From positions 62,001 through 94,125 of the forward strand of contig JALAGF010003533.1 of NCBI GenBank assembly GCA_030167865.1: a DNA stretch of 32,125 bases, written 5' to 3'. The number at the start of each line of letters is the position of its first letter. Positions within the stretch are counted from its first letter, which is position 1. A model generated the notes under the pieces. The model searched no databases, was not told where the DNA came from, and saw only the letters and a list, made by a program, of their open reading frames with translations. Source of the stretch: Craspedostauros australis. Its lineage: Eukaryota. Positions 21,561 through 32,125 of the stretch are shown in pieces. The position numbers and the translations under genes were made by a program.

Positions 21561-21608
21561 ACATCACACTACATCACGTCACATCACGTCACATCACATC
21601 ACATCACG
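21561..21608. repeat. Pentamer array (ACRTC)n upstream of the NTT gene, containing two TGACGTG sites on the minus strand
   Basis: acatcacact acatcacgtc acatcacgtc acatcacatc acatcacg, read directly. Confidence 0.85.
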
Positions 21609-21769
21609 GAACAAAGGGTTGATCATCTCCCATCTGAACACAAACACAAACACCTCCAGCTGTGGCAACATCCACATCCACACTTTGTGGTGACACCGAT
21701 CTCCAATCAATTCCATTCCATCGGGCTGAATCCAATTCCGGAGCACTGATACAAACAAAGCCGTGCCGG

Positions 21770-24139
21770 ATGAAGACAGCAAACAGACGATTGGCAGCAT
21801 TCTTCTTCTGGTCCTGCTTCCTCCAGCTGCGCTTCTTTGGAATTGTGTCGAGCACCGCATTTTCCTTGCAGCACAACTCACAAGTCAGGAATACCCAGGG
21901 ACGGCCACCGGCGAACAGCAACGCAAGCAACAAACAACACAGACACATCCACATGTTCTCTCGTTCGCCACTCTCGCAGCGTGGAGGTTCCACATCGGCG
22001 ATCTACGCCGACTCGTCATCCAGCGCCGATGCCAACAATGGTGATGCCAGCAATCCACAGCGAGAGCCATCAGAGCAGCAATCGTCATCGTCGCTATCAT
22101 CATCCACTGCTGCAGCGGTAGACGCGTCAGAGATGAGCATGTTCACCAAGGTCCGACGGACCGTCTTTCCTATCCACGGCGAGCACGAGGTCAAGAAGTT
22201 CATGCTCATTGGCGCCATCAAGTTCTTCATCATCCTGGCCTTGACGCTGACACGGGACACGAAAGACACGCTCATCGTCACGCAGTGTGGCGCGGAAGCC
22301 ATTGCATTCTTGAAGGTATGTACATTCTCGTACACAATGGACAGGCATCATTGGATGGCACAATGGCATGATTCCCGAGATTCAGGAATCTCCGAATCTG
22401 GCTGAGCGGGGAAAAAAGGCCTGACAGCGAACAGTGAGGCCTTCGCAAAGATGCAGAAACTGACATGAGCAACTGCAACTCCGAGCGTGTTGTTTCATTT
22501 GTCAGGCCCCATCATTCTGCACTTCTCCACTTCATGCCATTCTTATCAAGTCTGATCGACCCACACAAACAACCTCTAACACCATCACACCATTTGTATC
22601 CCCCTTTCATCAACCGTTCCCAACGCGACAACCATCCCATCAATTCCTTGACACATCGATATGATCGCCACTGTCATTGCCAACGCACATGCACAACGCG
22701 CAAACCGCACAAATGCAAATCACGCACATACACGCGCGTAGATCTATGGAGTGCTCCCATGTGCAACAGGCTTCATCGCCCTGTACTCCAAACTCTCCAA
22801 TGTGCTCAGCAAGAAAACTCTTTTCTACGCGACGTGCATCCCCTTCTTCATCTTCTTTGGGATCTTCGATTTCTTCATCTTCCCCAACAGGGCGTTCCTC
22901 CACCCAAGCATCGAGGCTGTTCAGGCTTTCCTGCCAGGTGCAGCCACTGCGGGAGGCATGGCCGTCCTGGCCAAGATAATATCGAACTGGACTTCGGCCC
23001 TGTTCTACGTGATGGCTGAGCTCTACTCCTCCGCTTCCGTCGGCCTCCTCTTTTGGCAGTACGCCAACGACGTCGTGTCAGTCGATCAGGCGAAGAGGTT
23101 CTACCCGCTCTTTGCACAGATGAGCGGATTGGCGCCCATCGTGGCAGGGCAGTTCATGGTGCGGTATGCCAGCAAGGCACCCAACTTCGGCTCTTCGTTG
23201 CACCGTCTCACAGCGGCGATCTCCTTCGCGGGCATGATGATTTGCTACTTTTACAATGCCAGCGGGCGTTACCTGCAGCGCACGGAGGGAATTGGTGGAC
23301 CCAACGCGGATGAAACAGCAGCGGCCAACAGCACCAGCCCGCAGAAGAGCAAGAAGTCCAAGCCAAAAATGTCCATGTCGGAATCAGCCAAGTTCCTGGC
23401 ATCGTCCAAGTACCTGCGCCTGATCGCCACGCTGGTGTTGGGATACGGTCTGAGCATCAACTTCACGGAGATCATATGGAAGTCGCTGGTGAAGAAGCAG
23501 TATCCCGATCCTCTCGATTATCAGCGGTTCATGGGCAACTTCTCGTCCGCCGTCGGACTGAGCACCTGCATCGTCATCTTCTTCGGCGTCCATGTCATCC
23601 GGTTGCTGGGTTGGCGCGTTGGCGCCATGGCCACACCCGCCACCATGGCAGTATTGGCGCTGCCCTTCTTCTCATGCATCCTCATGGGCCTGGACAGCCC
23701 CACGCGGTTGAGGACAGCCGTCATCTTCGGAACCATCCAGAGTCTGCTGAGCAAGACCGCCAAGTACGCTTTGTTCGACCCCACCACGCAGATGGCGTAC
23801 ATCCCTCTCGATGACGAATCCAAGACCAAGGGCAAGGCAGCGATCGACGTGCTGGGCAGCCGAATCGGAAAGAGCGGCGGTTCGTTGATCCAGCAAGGAC
23901 TCGTCTTCATGTTCGGCAACATCATCAGCGCGGCGCCGGCCGTCGCCATGATCTTTTACTCCGTCCTGTTCGGTTGGTTGACCTCGGCCAACACATTGAG
24001 CGGTCTGTTCAATGAGAAGTCTGCGGAGAAGGAACGCGAAGCCAACCTCGCGGCCGATGACAGCGACGACAACACGGAGGTCAGCACCGATGGTAGCGCG
24101 AATAGCAACGACAACGAGATGGAGAAGAAGATGCAGTAG
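21770..24139 (+). CDS. NTT: Plastid nucleotide transporter, TLC/ATP-ADP translocase family, ~647 aa; join(21770..22315,22742..24139)
   Basis: Presequence MKTANRRLAAFFFWSCFLQLRFFGIVSSTA|FSLQ. Family motifs 'RDTKDTLIVT', 'GAEAIAFLK|IYGVLP', 'FYVMAELYSS...LLFWQYAN', 'AKRFYPLF', 'KYALFDPTTQMAYIPLDDESKTKGKAAIDVLGSRIGKSGGSLIQQ'. Phase-0 intron 22316-22741 (GTATGT...CGTAG). Confidence 0.95.
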
Positions 24140-25280
24140 GCGGCTCTTTCGATTTGGTGGTGATGATGATGCATCCACAGCATGTCGAGCTCGAGACACC
24201 ATTCCCAAAATAATACTAGGCCGCCACTTTTATGATGAATAGCATGTGCAATGTTCATGGATGCATGGTTTCCAACGTGTGAGGCCGTTGTCCTCTGTCG
24301 GAAACAGTTGAATTCCGAGATGATGGGCAAAGAATGTGTCTGTGTGCGTGTTAAGTCTACTGAAATGAACAAAGGATGAGTGCACATCCTGATGTGTTCC
24401 AAACTACTCGTAGTGTTGCAGTAAATGTAGAATCATCCGCTTTCCTTTGCAAATACTCCACCCCATCAATACGAAGCGCTCCAACATTGGGTAATTCCAT
24501 TGAGATCATGGCAATGTACTCAGAGGTATGACGATGACCAAGAAGAGGTTGGATGCCAATGACATGGACGAGTATCTCTGTGACGGCAAAGCGGTTCCCC
24601 GTCCCGTGATCTTTCGCGCCTCTGGATTTCTTCGTTTTGGTTGGCGCCTTCTTCTGAGTTGGTGTGGAAATTCTCATGTGTTTTCTTCTTTTCGTTCTTG
24701 CGAATCCAAGAGGCGTTACGAAGACCACATCACCGAGAGTTCCCCGCTGCGTTCGTGCACAGGAGCGATGGCCTGGGAGCGAAACGAGGCGCCTTGTCCT
24801 CGCCACCAACTTCATCTCAAGATCGTGCGTTATTCCGAGCACAAAGAAAGAAGACAGCTCTGTTTACCAACCTTTGGAGGCACAGAAGCCACATCATCCC
24901 TTGGAGGTTCAGACCACTCCATCTGTGAAGAAAAGAAGAGACGAAGAAGAAACGATAACCCAGACCTCGCAACACACAACATAAGAACAGGATAAGTCAC
25001 AAACCACAAGAACTTCAGCACAACCAGTAAGTGGAGTTGAGCACGAAGAAAGCGACATCACGATAAGAACAACAACACCATCGACAACATCAACATCAAC
25101 ATCAACAGCATCAGCATCGCGACTTCGAGGATCAGAGAGATCCCGCTTGCATCTCCACTCTCACGCCATTGCATTCTGTGACATCTGCCCTCACTCGTGC
25201 CGTATCACAGTTGAGTGCAGCGGATATTCACACCAGTAGACACAATTAGACAAGACCACATTCCCAAATCAAGCCACAAC

Positions 25281-25315
25281 ACAACAAACCACAACAAACC
25301 ACAACAAACCAAACC
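25281..25315. repeat. Decamer tandem repeat (ACAACAAACC)x3 just upstream of the RING gene ATG
   Basis: acaacaaacc acaacaaacc acaacaaacc aaacc, read directly. Confidence 0.9.
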
Positions 25316-25321
25316 AACAGA

Positions 25322-26472
25322 ATGTCGAGCAACCCCTCCGATGGCCTGCAATCCAATGAGTACGACATGGACATCGAGAATGGATTTCGGGTCGTCGGCA
25401 TCGTCTTCGCCTTCCTCGTCGTCATGGTCCTGCTGCGGTTTGGCGTCAACATGTGCATCGATGCGGCCGTGCTCAGGGATCAGGACTCCTTGATGCGGAC
25501 CATCGGCGAATTTCGGCGCAAGATCTGTCCGTGGTGGCGTCCGCGGACGCAGCCGGCGCAACCGCCCGAGACGCAGCTCGTCACGATGGACCAGCTGGTG
25601 CGGGGGCTCAATGCGGAGCAGAAGAAGGAACTCTTCTCGACGATCCTGCAGAGCAAGGTGCGTGCTCGTGCTTTCCTGCGATTGTTGCACGGGTCTGCAG
25701 ATGCCAATCGTAGATGTGATGCATGCAAGTACGATGGCCAGCATGTGCTCGGATGCTCTCTCTCTCTCTGTTTGCTCGCTGTGTGTCATGTGTTGTCATG
25801 CTGCCATGGCTGCTGTAGTGAGCTGTTCACACAAGCGCCAACAAGTCTTGCATTGGATTGTGTTGCATTACGATGTATTTCAATGATCAACCCATCTCAT
25901 GTCGCTCCATTCCATCATATTCCTCTCTTTATGGGCTCGACCTGGGCAATGCATCCAACATAATTCCTTCTCAAATCATGTGTGTCCACTGCTGCGCATG
26001 CCAGGTCGTCACATCGGATGATATCGCCGAATGGCGATGCGACAAGCGCGCCATATCACCGCAGCAGATGGAAGAGGGTCAGCCATCCAAAAAGCACGAT
26101 GAAAAGCACAATGACAGTGATGCAAAGAACAGCAAAGACAAAACTCATGACGATGATGACAACGACCACAGCATGCAGGATAATGACGACGCCAGCCACC
26201 AGCACAATTCCACCAACGATCATTCCAGCAGATGCTCCCAAGGCCTGCTATGCTCCATATGCTTGCACGATATCGATGCAGGCAACCGGGCCACCTCCCT
26301 GGCTGTGTGCGGGCACGTCTTTCATCAGGAATGCATCAGCCAATGGCTGTGCCTCGATCGCGGTTCCCGCGATTGTCCCTACTGCCGCACGGAAATAATA
26401 TCGCAGCAAATGATGGAGGATGCCTACCGGCGTCGGCAACAGCAGCAGAATGGATCGTCGTCCGATCCGTGA
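25322..26472 (+). CDS. Transmembrane RING-H2 E3 ubiquitin ligase (ATL-like layout), ~267 aa; join(25322..25657,26005..26472)
   Basis: N-terminal TM VVGIVFAFLVVMVLLRFGV. Phase-0 intron AAG|GTGCGT...GCCAG|GTC. RING-H2 C3H2C3: CSIC...CGHVFHQEC...W...CPYC. Confidence 0.88.
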
Positions 26473-26793
26473 AGTCAACAACGACGCAGCGATGGTGACG
26501 AAGTATCGGATCACGGCGTTGGTGATTGAAGGACGATGGATTGCACACGTTTTCGAGTGCTCACTCATTGGTGACACAAAGAGTTGAATGGTCGATCAGT
26601 TAAGTTTGCAACTCCAATTTTATTTTGAACAAATCCTTCACGCCCATTAGTACGGCTTTGTACGCAGGTGACCACACCAACAAAGCCCCTACCTACCTCT
26701 CTCGGGAGACACGTTCAGCACACGAATTGCAGTCGAAGAAAAGCAGACTCATCAGAATACTCTATGATTGTTTGCGTGTGAGCATTATTCGGA

Positions 26794-29625
26794 TCAGTCA
26801 ATGGTTCGAATATCCCCCTGCGACGTCTTGCTCTGCAGTGTCTGCTTGCTGTTGCTTGCCGCCGGCTTCGGGGATTGCTTGCCGGCGGGTGCATCGCTGT
26901 CCTTGTTGTCGAAGGTGAATCCAACGAACGTGTCCTCATGCAGCTCTTCCAATTCAGCCTCTTCGGCTGCGTCGCGGCCCTTGTCGTCCGTCTCCACCGG
27001 CATGCGCGTGAACGTGTTGTCGAAGTTAGCGGTTGCGGCATCCAGGTCACCGACATGAGAAACGGCCTTGTCGTGCCACTGCAGCGATGCAGTGTCCTGA
27101 CCTGACTCCGAGGCTGCGTCTGGCGGCGTCCACCCTTCGCATGGCCGGATGGGTGCCTCCACACGCCGACCGTACAGGGCCCTCCAGCTGATGCTGCGGA
27201 AGAACTCGTGCTCCATGGCAGTTCGGATGCCAGTGACGCCCAACCTGCGTCTTGGGTTTCGTTCCAAGAGCGCGCTGACGCAACCGGCAGCATGAGCCGT
27301 GAAGAAGGAAGGGATGTCGAGCGGTGCGCTCTTCAATCTCCGGAACAGCTTTGCACGATCCGTGGTGTACCACGGTGGCAGTCCCGTCATCATTTCATAG
27401 AGCAGCATGCCAAGACCCCAGTAGTCGACGCAGAAGCCATGTCCTTGCTGGCTCAGCACTTCGGGTGCCATGTACTCGGGCGTTCCGCACATGGACGCGG
27501 CACCCTCGCAGGGATGCTTGATGCCTGCCTTGGCAAGGCCGAAGTCACCGAGCTTGACGTGTCCGTCGGCATCGAGCAGGACGTTCTCTGGTTTCAGGTC
27601 GCGGTAAATGATGCCCCGTTTGTGAAGGTGACCGATGGCCAACAGGAGCTCCGCCGCGTAAAAGCGTGCGACGCGTTCTGGAAATCGACGGAATCGCGAG
27701 AGGTGGAAGAAGAGCTCTCCACCCGGGCAGTAGTCAAGCACCAAATACAGTTTGTCGGGGGATTGGAATGCGTAATGCAGCTTCATGATGAAGGGATGGT
27801 TGACGACCGAAAGGACCTTGCGTTCCGTGCGCGTCCTTTCGATCTGCCGCCTCTTGACAAGATGCGCCTTTCGTAATATCTTCATGGCGAACAATGCTCC
27901 GCGTTCTTTGCCCTTTCGTTTTTGCACCAAGACCACCTGTAACAGCAATCGAAGGAATTCAGATGGTGCATTGGAGTGTTTTTGTGGTCGTTGACAACGA
28001 TGTTGCGTGATGATATGATTGAAGTTGGGAAAAATAGAGATGTGAGCATACCAATCCTGCAGCGTGCTGCACAGCACAAACACTCGCAGCAACGGCATCA
28101 TGACACAATGACATCGACGTACCTTTCCGAAGGATCCCTTTCCAAGAACCCGCAGCAAGGGAAGGAACATTTGTACGTTCGGCTTTTCTTCCGCCGGTAG
28201 TTTCTGCTCCTCTGTCGAAGCATCCCAATTGAGATCATCCGGCGATTGCTGCGTGCCGGACGCAGCATGTTGATTTGATGCTTCGGGCGTCGCCGTGACA
28301 AGATGCACCTTTTGCTGTGGCTGCGATAAGGTTTGTGGTGTTGTGAATGGAGGAATTTGCTGCGCCAGTTCGTGCTGTTGGATAACATGTTCTGGGATTG
28401 CTGTTGATGATGCGGATGGAGTTTGTGGGTATGGATACGCTGCAGCAGAGGCATGGCTCGCCGTTGTTCCATCGGGACCAACCATGACCGGTGTTGCGCC
28501 TGGCGCTGCTGCAATCGCTGCAGCATAGACGGCATGCTGTGGGCCAGCCGCGGCGGCATCGATTTCTTCGTCCGAATCATCGTCTTCATCTTCGTCCCAT
28601 CTGGTCTCCCATTCATTGACGTTGCCACCCTTCTGCTGCTGGTTGTTGGTGTTGTTGGCGCCGGTGGCCTTTTGCATGGCCGATGTAAGTGATAGATTTC
28701 GCATGGAATTGATGAGCGCGGCTCCACGGTGCGTACCATTGCGCAAGCTCGCCAACATCTTGCGTCCGCTTCCGGTGGGTTGCTGCTTTTGTTGCTGTGC
28801 TGTGGGTGAGCTCACTTGCTGACCATCCTGGTGTGGCGGGTATGACACAGCATTCTGGGTGCCGTTTGCGTAGGCGTGCTGTGCTGCTTGGGCATGATAC
28901 TGCTGATTCTGCTGCATCTGTTGTTGATAATACGGGTCTCCCATGGCGGCAGCATGTTGCTGCTGTTGCTGCATGTGGTACATGTTCTGATGTTGCTGTT
29001 GTTGAAAATGGAGCTGGTGTTGTTGCTCTGGCGTGATTTGCATGTGCATGGGCATTTGTCCCTGCATTGCTGCTGCCGGCTGTTGCTGGTGTGGCAAATG
29101 CGGCTGATAACCGGGATACGGCTGGGTCGGCGGTGCACCGTTGGCATGGTAAGACGGATGACCCTCAACGTAGGGCATTTCACCCGCACCAGCTGACGCG
29201 ATGGCCGATTCTCTGGCGCCAAAGCTGTCATATTGCTGCAGCTGCGGCGGATGCTTCTTGTGATTCTGATGACGACCGGAAGCAGCACCGGAGTCTGGCT
29301 TTGCATGGGAGTTTGAATTGCCATGAGGACCCCTGGCCTTCTGAAAGACCGCACCCAACATCTTTCCTGCGGCACCTGCTCCATGGCGGTGCGTGTGATT
29401 GTGACCATTCGCAGCATCGTTCCCGCCGTTGCTCATGCCGTTCCCTTGTGCGTTGCCTTTGCCTCTATCGTTGCCGTTCTGATTGCGCTTTGTGGAAGAC
29501 GAAGCCTTGGAAGCGTGGTGCGTTGGAGGATTCGTGGAAGATGGCGGAGCCCGTGCCTGGTGCTCGAACTCATCATCCTCTGAGATGCCGCCTCCGTTTG
29601 CCGGAAGTGATGCCTCCTGACCCAT
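26794..29625 (-). CDS. AGC-family Ser/Thr kinase (S6K/SGK-like) with a long Q/H/A-rich N-terminal region, ~881 aa; join(complement 28123..29625, 26794..27936)
   Basis: LGKGSFGK|VVLV, FAMKIL, YRDLKPEN, DFGLAK, SMCGTPEYMAPE, VDYWGLG, AGC tail NFDNTFT and hydrophobic motif FVGFTF (26911-26928). The intron at 27937-28122 is GTACGT...TTACAG. Confidence 0.93.
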   Translation of the reverse strand: MGQEASLPANGGGISEDDEFEHQARAPPSSTNPPTHHASKASSSTKRNQNGNDRGKGNAQGNGMSNGGNDAANGHNHTHRHGAGAAGKMLGAVFQKARGPHGNSNSHAKPDSGAASGRHQNHKKHPPQLQQYDSFGARESAIASAGAGEMPYVEGHPSYHANGAPPTQPYPGYQPHLPHQQQPAAAMQGQMPMHMQITPEQQHQLHFQQQQHQNMYHMQQQQQHAAAMGDPYYQQQMQQNQQYHAQAAQHAYANGTQNAVSYPPHQDGQQVSSPTAQQQKQQPTGSGRKMLASLRNGTHRGAALINSMRNLSLTSAMQKATGANNTNNQQQKGGNVNEWETRWDEDEDDDSDEEIDAAAAGPQHAVYAAAIAAAPGATPVMVGPDGTTASHASAAAYPYPQTPSASSTAIPEHVIQQHELAQQIPPFTTPQTLSQPQQKVHLVTATPEASNQHAASGTQQSPDDLNWDASTEEQKLPAEEKPNVQMFLPLLRVLGKGSFGKVRRCHCVMMPLLRVFVLCSTLQDWYAHISIFPNFNHIITQHRCQRPQKHSNAPSEFLRLLLQVVLVQKRKGKERGALFAMKILRKAHLVKRRQIERTRTERKVLSVVNHPFIMKLHYAFQSPDKLYLVLDYCPGGELFFHLSRFRRFPERVARFYAAELLLAIGHLHKRGIIYRDLKPENVLLDADGHVKLGDFGLAKAGIKHPCEGAASMCGTPEYMAPEVLSQQGHGFCVDYWGLGMLLYEMMTGLPPWYTTDRAKLFRRLKSAPLDIPSFFTAHAAGCVSALLERNPRRRLGVTGIRTAMEHEFFRSISWRALYGRRVEAPIRPCEGWTPPDAASESGQDTASLQWHDKAVSHVGDLDAATANFDNTFTRMPVETDDKGRDAAEEAELEELHEDTFVGFTFDNKDSDAPAGKQSPKPAASNSKQTLQSKTSQGDIRTID
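27937..28122 (-). other. In-frame, stop-free intron (186 bp) in the kinase gene
   Basis: GT-AG boundaries. Removing it restores the canonical GKGSFGKV-V-L-V strand. The 62 codons read through without a stop. Confidence 0.9.
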
Positions 29626-29750
29626 GATGATGTTTGCTTCACGAACTCAGACGTCCAATAGTTGGCCAATGGATGAATTGGTGGATGGTTGGGTTGTAGG
29701 ATGGAGGCGTTGATGTTCCCAACGAAATGCTGGCTTGTCTATACTTGCGC

Positions 29751-30219
29751 CTGTATGAATGAAGTGGAATGATGGCTTCCGTCTGCCTACCTGTCCTCTT
29801 CGCTTTCACCGTCTTCTTCCTCCACGAATGTATCTGGATTGGAACGGGTTCGAAGTGTGCGCTGTCGGTGATGGCGTCACACGATTCCTTGAATCGCACG
29901 GAAAGGATGCCGTGCTTGCACTTGCACCGAGGATGTCGTTGTTGAGGACTGCAGCGTCGCGTGGGAGCCTCGGTCCAATTCTTTCCAGTTGCTTGTGCCT
30001 GCACTTGTACTTGCAGTGCTCCTTGCTGATGAGTCTCCTCCAAGAATGAAACAATGGTGGTCGTATTTGGGGAATCGCGATTGTGCTGACTTCTGGAACG
30101 TTCTGACTTTCACCAGAAATGGACAGGCCAAAGACGACGCACTTGTGCTGGTGTAGCTCGTGCTGGTTGGATTCCTTGTGTGTGGGTGGGGACTCGGATG
30201 GCGGTCGTATAGTACTTAC
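29751..30219 (-). other. Candidate 5'-UTR intron of the kinase gene (469 bp)
   Basis: Consensus GTAAGT donor (minus, 30219-30214). Pyrimidine-rich acceptor CATTCCACTTCATTCATACAG ends at 29751, 125 nt before the ATG. Pairing of the two sites is inferred. Confidence 0.35.
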
Positions 30220-32125
30220 ACCAAGAATAGTCACACGAGCAGTAGCATCAATTGCGACTGACAGCTGCAACACCAACCGTATTGGCAAACCCAATCGACG
30301 ACCTGATTACGAGAATGGCGGGATGGAGCAGCGATACTTCATGTGCTCGTGACGAGCGTGCACCAGGGTTGATCGATTGAGCGCTTTCGTCGTACTATGC
30401 GAGTGCTCGAGTGCCCGAGTGGAACAGAGTATAGCAGTAGAGCAGATTACTCTTTGTTCCTCTGCGTTGCCTTCTTTGCGCACTGTCCTTTTCTGATTGT
30501 TGGTATTGCCGTGGGACTCGGTGATGGTGCGAGATCAATTCTCCAAAGCCGCTAACGACCACCTTCCTCTCCTTGATGATGCCAGTCTGCAAACACTGGC
30601 TCTGCTCTCTCCGCACTCTTTTGCTTCACTCTTTGCCTCGCTCCGATCTTGTCGTTCCAAGCATCGCTCAATGGTGGTGGCGGTAGTCGTGCGCTCTGCG
30701 ATCGTTGATGATCGCCGCAGTCTTGTTTTCCTTCATCGTGCACTCCGCATTGCGCGCTGCTCCTTGTTGCACACGTTGCCACGCGCATTACGTCACGTCG
30801 GGCGAAGTTGAACGGACGAGTTCCAACTGCTCCAACCGCCACAAGCAAACGCATCACAACCACGAACGCAGGCAAGTCCGAAATTACCACCACGAGACGG
30901 ATTCAGTATGTAGGTCGTACTAGTCACATGGATGCAATTGGGCATTCAAAACAGCCAACAATTATCATTCCGGCATCATGTGACATCGGAACTGCCAATC
31001 AAACTGGATCGAAGGCATGTCGTCAAGCTCAAACGGTTTGAATTGCAACCAATCGATGTCTCCTGTATCATATTACAAACCGTGTTTGCACGCGCCTGCC
31101 ACGAGACTGCAACGAACACCAGGTCATCTCAAGAAATCATGTTTGCGTGCTTTGTGGAAGTTTCCTCAGCCCCCATTCGTGCAAGTTGAACTCACACGAA
31201 CTCGTGCGGAATTGAGAAACCTTCACAAATTGTGACCACCGCGTCGTTCTTCTTCTTCTTTTTCCCCTTGTTGTTGTTGGTGTTTCTGGAGGGCGCAAGG
31301 ACTGGATCATGTCTCTGGAATGGTGGATACTTGCGCCCACCATTGGTATCGAATACGACCGAATCCACCACTCAACTCCATTCATGCATTGGTGTTTCAA
31401 CCTGACGCCGACTTCTCCGTACGGAGAATAGTCGTCCAGAGTACTGTAACATTCTATTCTATAATACTGTATTCGAAACCTCATCATTATTGGCACCGAA
31501 AGGTGAGCTCGCTGAGGTGGGCTTTTCGCCAGGGAAACGATGAAGCGGCATGCACCTCCTCATGCAACATCATGCATCTTTGGATGGCCACTGGTTGGCA
31601 ACTTCACGTGCGCGTACAAGTTGGAGTGCATGGGTACCAGCTGGGGTGTCCGATCCGCAGCAATGCAATTTCAGTCCGAGGCAAGCCAACCAACCAGTGC
31701 AGAAGCATCATGGAAAGCTTGCCAGAGGAAGGCCGCATTCCGCGATCGCAGAACGCGTTGGTGGGCCCGTTTTTCTCCGAGCATCCCAAATGCATGCTCG
31801 ATTCGTCCTCATCCTTCTGCACAACGCCGATCAACTTCTTGGCGCTGTCGATGGAGAACGAGTTTTGGGATCATACGGGTCGTACCGTCTGTCAGTCGAC
31901 CGTTGCGGTCATCTGGTCTTGTGCAATGACTCCTACGCGCCAACGGTGTAGCAGTTTCGTACGTGAGCATGTGTCAGCAACAGAATCCTGTCAGAGCAGG
32001 AGAGAACACACAGTTTCGAGGACCACAGCTCGAAACAGCAACAACAACAACAACAGCCACTAACGCTAGATAGGATCGTCTTCTGTGTGTCTTGAGGTCT
32101 CTCCTTTGCAGCACTTACCAGCTTG

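Noticed and set aside
24357-24995. Overlapping 155-161-aa ORFs on both strands between NTT and the RING gene
   Set aside because: No motifs or codon bias; cannot be supported as CDS or transposon remnant by eye.
27208-27876. 222-aa plus-strand ORF antisense to the kinase domain
   Set aside because: Same shadow-frame effect; no independent coding signal.
6062-28122. Five of seven complete CDS-associated introns have lengths divisible by three
   Set aside because: Sample too small, and most of them introduce a stop if retained; only the kinase intron is reported.
31485-31514. Short similarity (TTGGCACCGA..AGGTGAG) to the exon/intron junction of gene A (minus, ~155-182)
   Set aside because: About 25 nt with several gaps and no flanking DNA or protein similarity; compatible with chance.
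1-32125. tRNA, rRNA, snRNA, CRISPR arrays, LTR/TIR transposons, SECIS-dependent UGA read-through
   Set aside because: No cloverleaf/T-loop context, spaced direct repeats, terminal repeats, RT/transposase motifs or in-frame UGA in conserved domains were seen. A covariance-model search was not possible.

Overview
Eukaryotic nuclear DNA, almost certainly from a diatom. The evidence is bipartite signal+ASAFAP-type plastid presequences, a plastid nucleotide transporter, a DUF6824-like domain and a diatom-type 'A(P/S)AA-terminal' TPR-like protein. I can support about ten protein-coding genes with GT-AG introns of roughly 180-430 bp, in this order: (A) membrane-anchored PhyH-like Fe(II)/2OG dioxygenase, minus strand, running off the left edge; (B) low-complexity protein with an RVxF motif and a C-terminal LSD1-spaced Zn finger; (C) a 4-exon, ~954-aa paralogue of A with the architecture TM-PhyH-2TM-DUF6824-like-tandem Tudor/Agenet-like-acidic tail; (D) TMEM97/EXPERA; a possible 84-aa microprotein; (E) diatom TPR-like hypothetical; (F) plastid-targeted Y_phosphatase3 (MptpB-like) phosphatase; (G) a disordered protein whose ATG appears to be created by splicing (A|TG); (H) plastid NTT/TLC nucleotide transporter; (I) TM-anchored RING-H2 E3 ligase; (J) S6K/SGK-like AGC kinase with a myristoylation-type N-terminus and a stop-free in-frame intron right after the Gly-rich loop. 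I recognised no tRNA, rRNA, CRISPR array or intact transposon. All domain calls come from reading motifs by eye, not from database searches.
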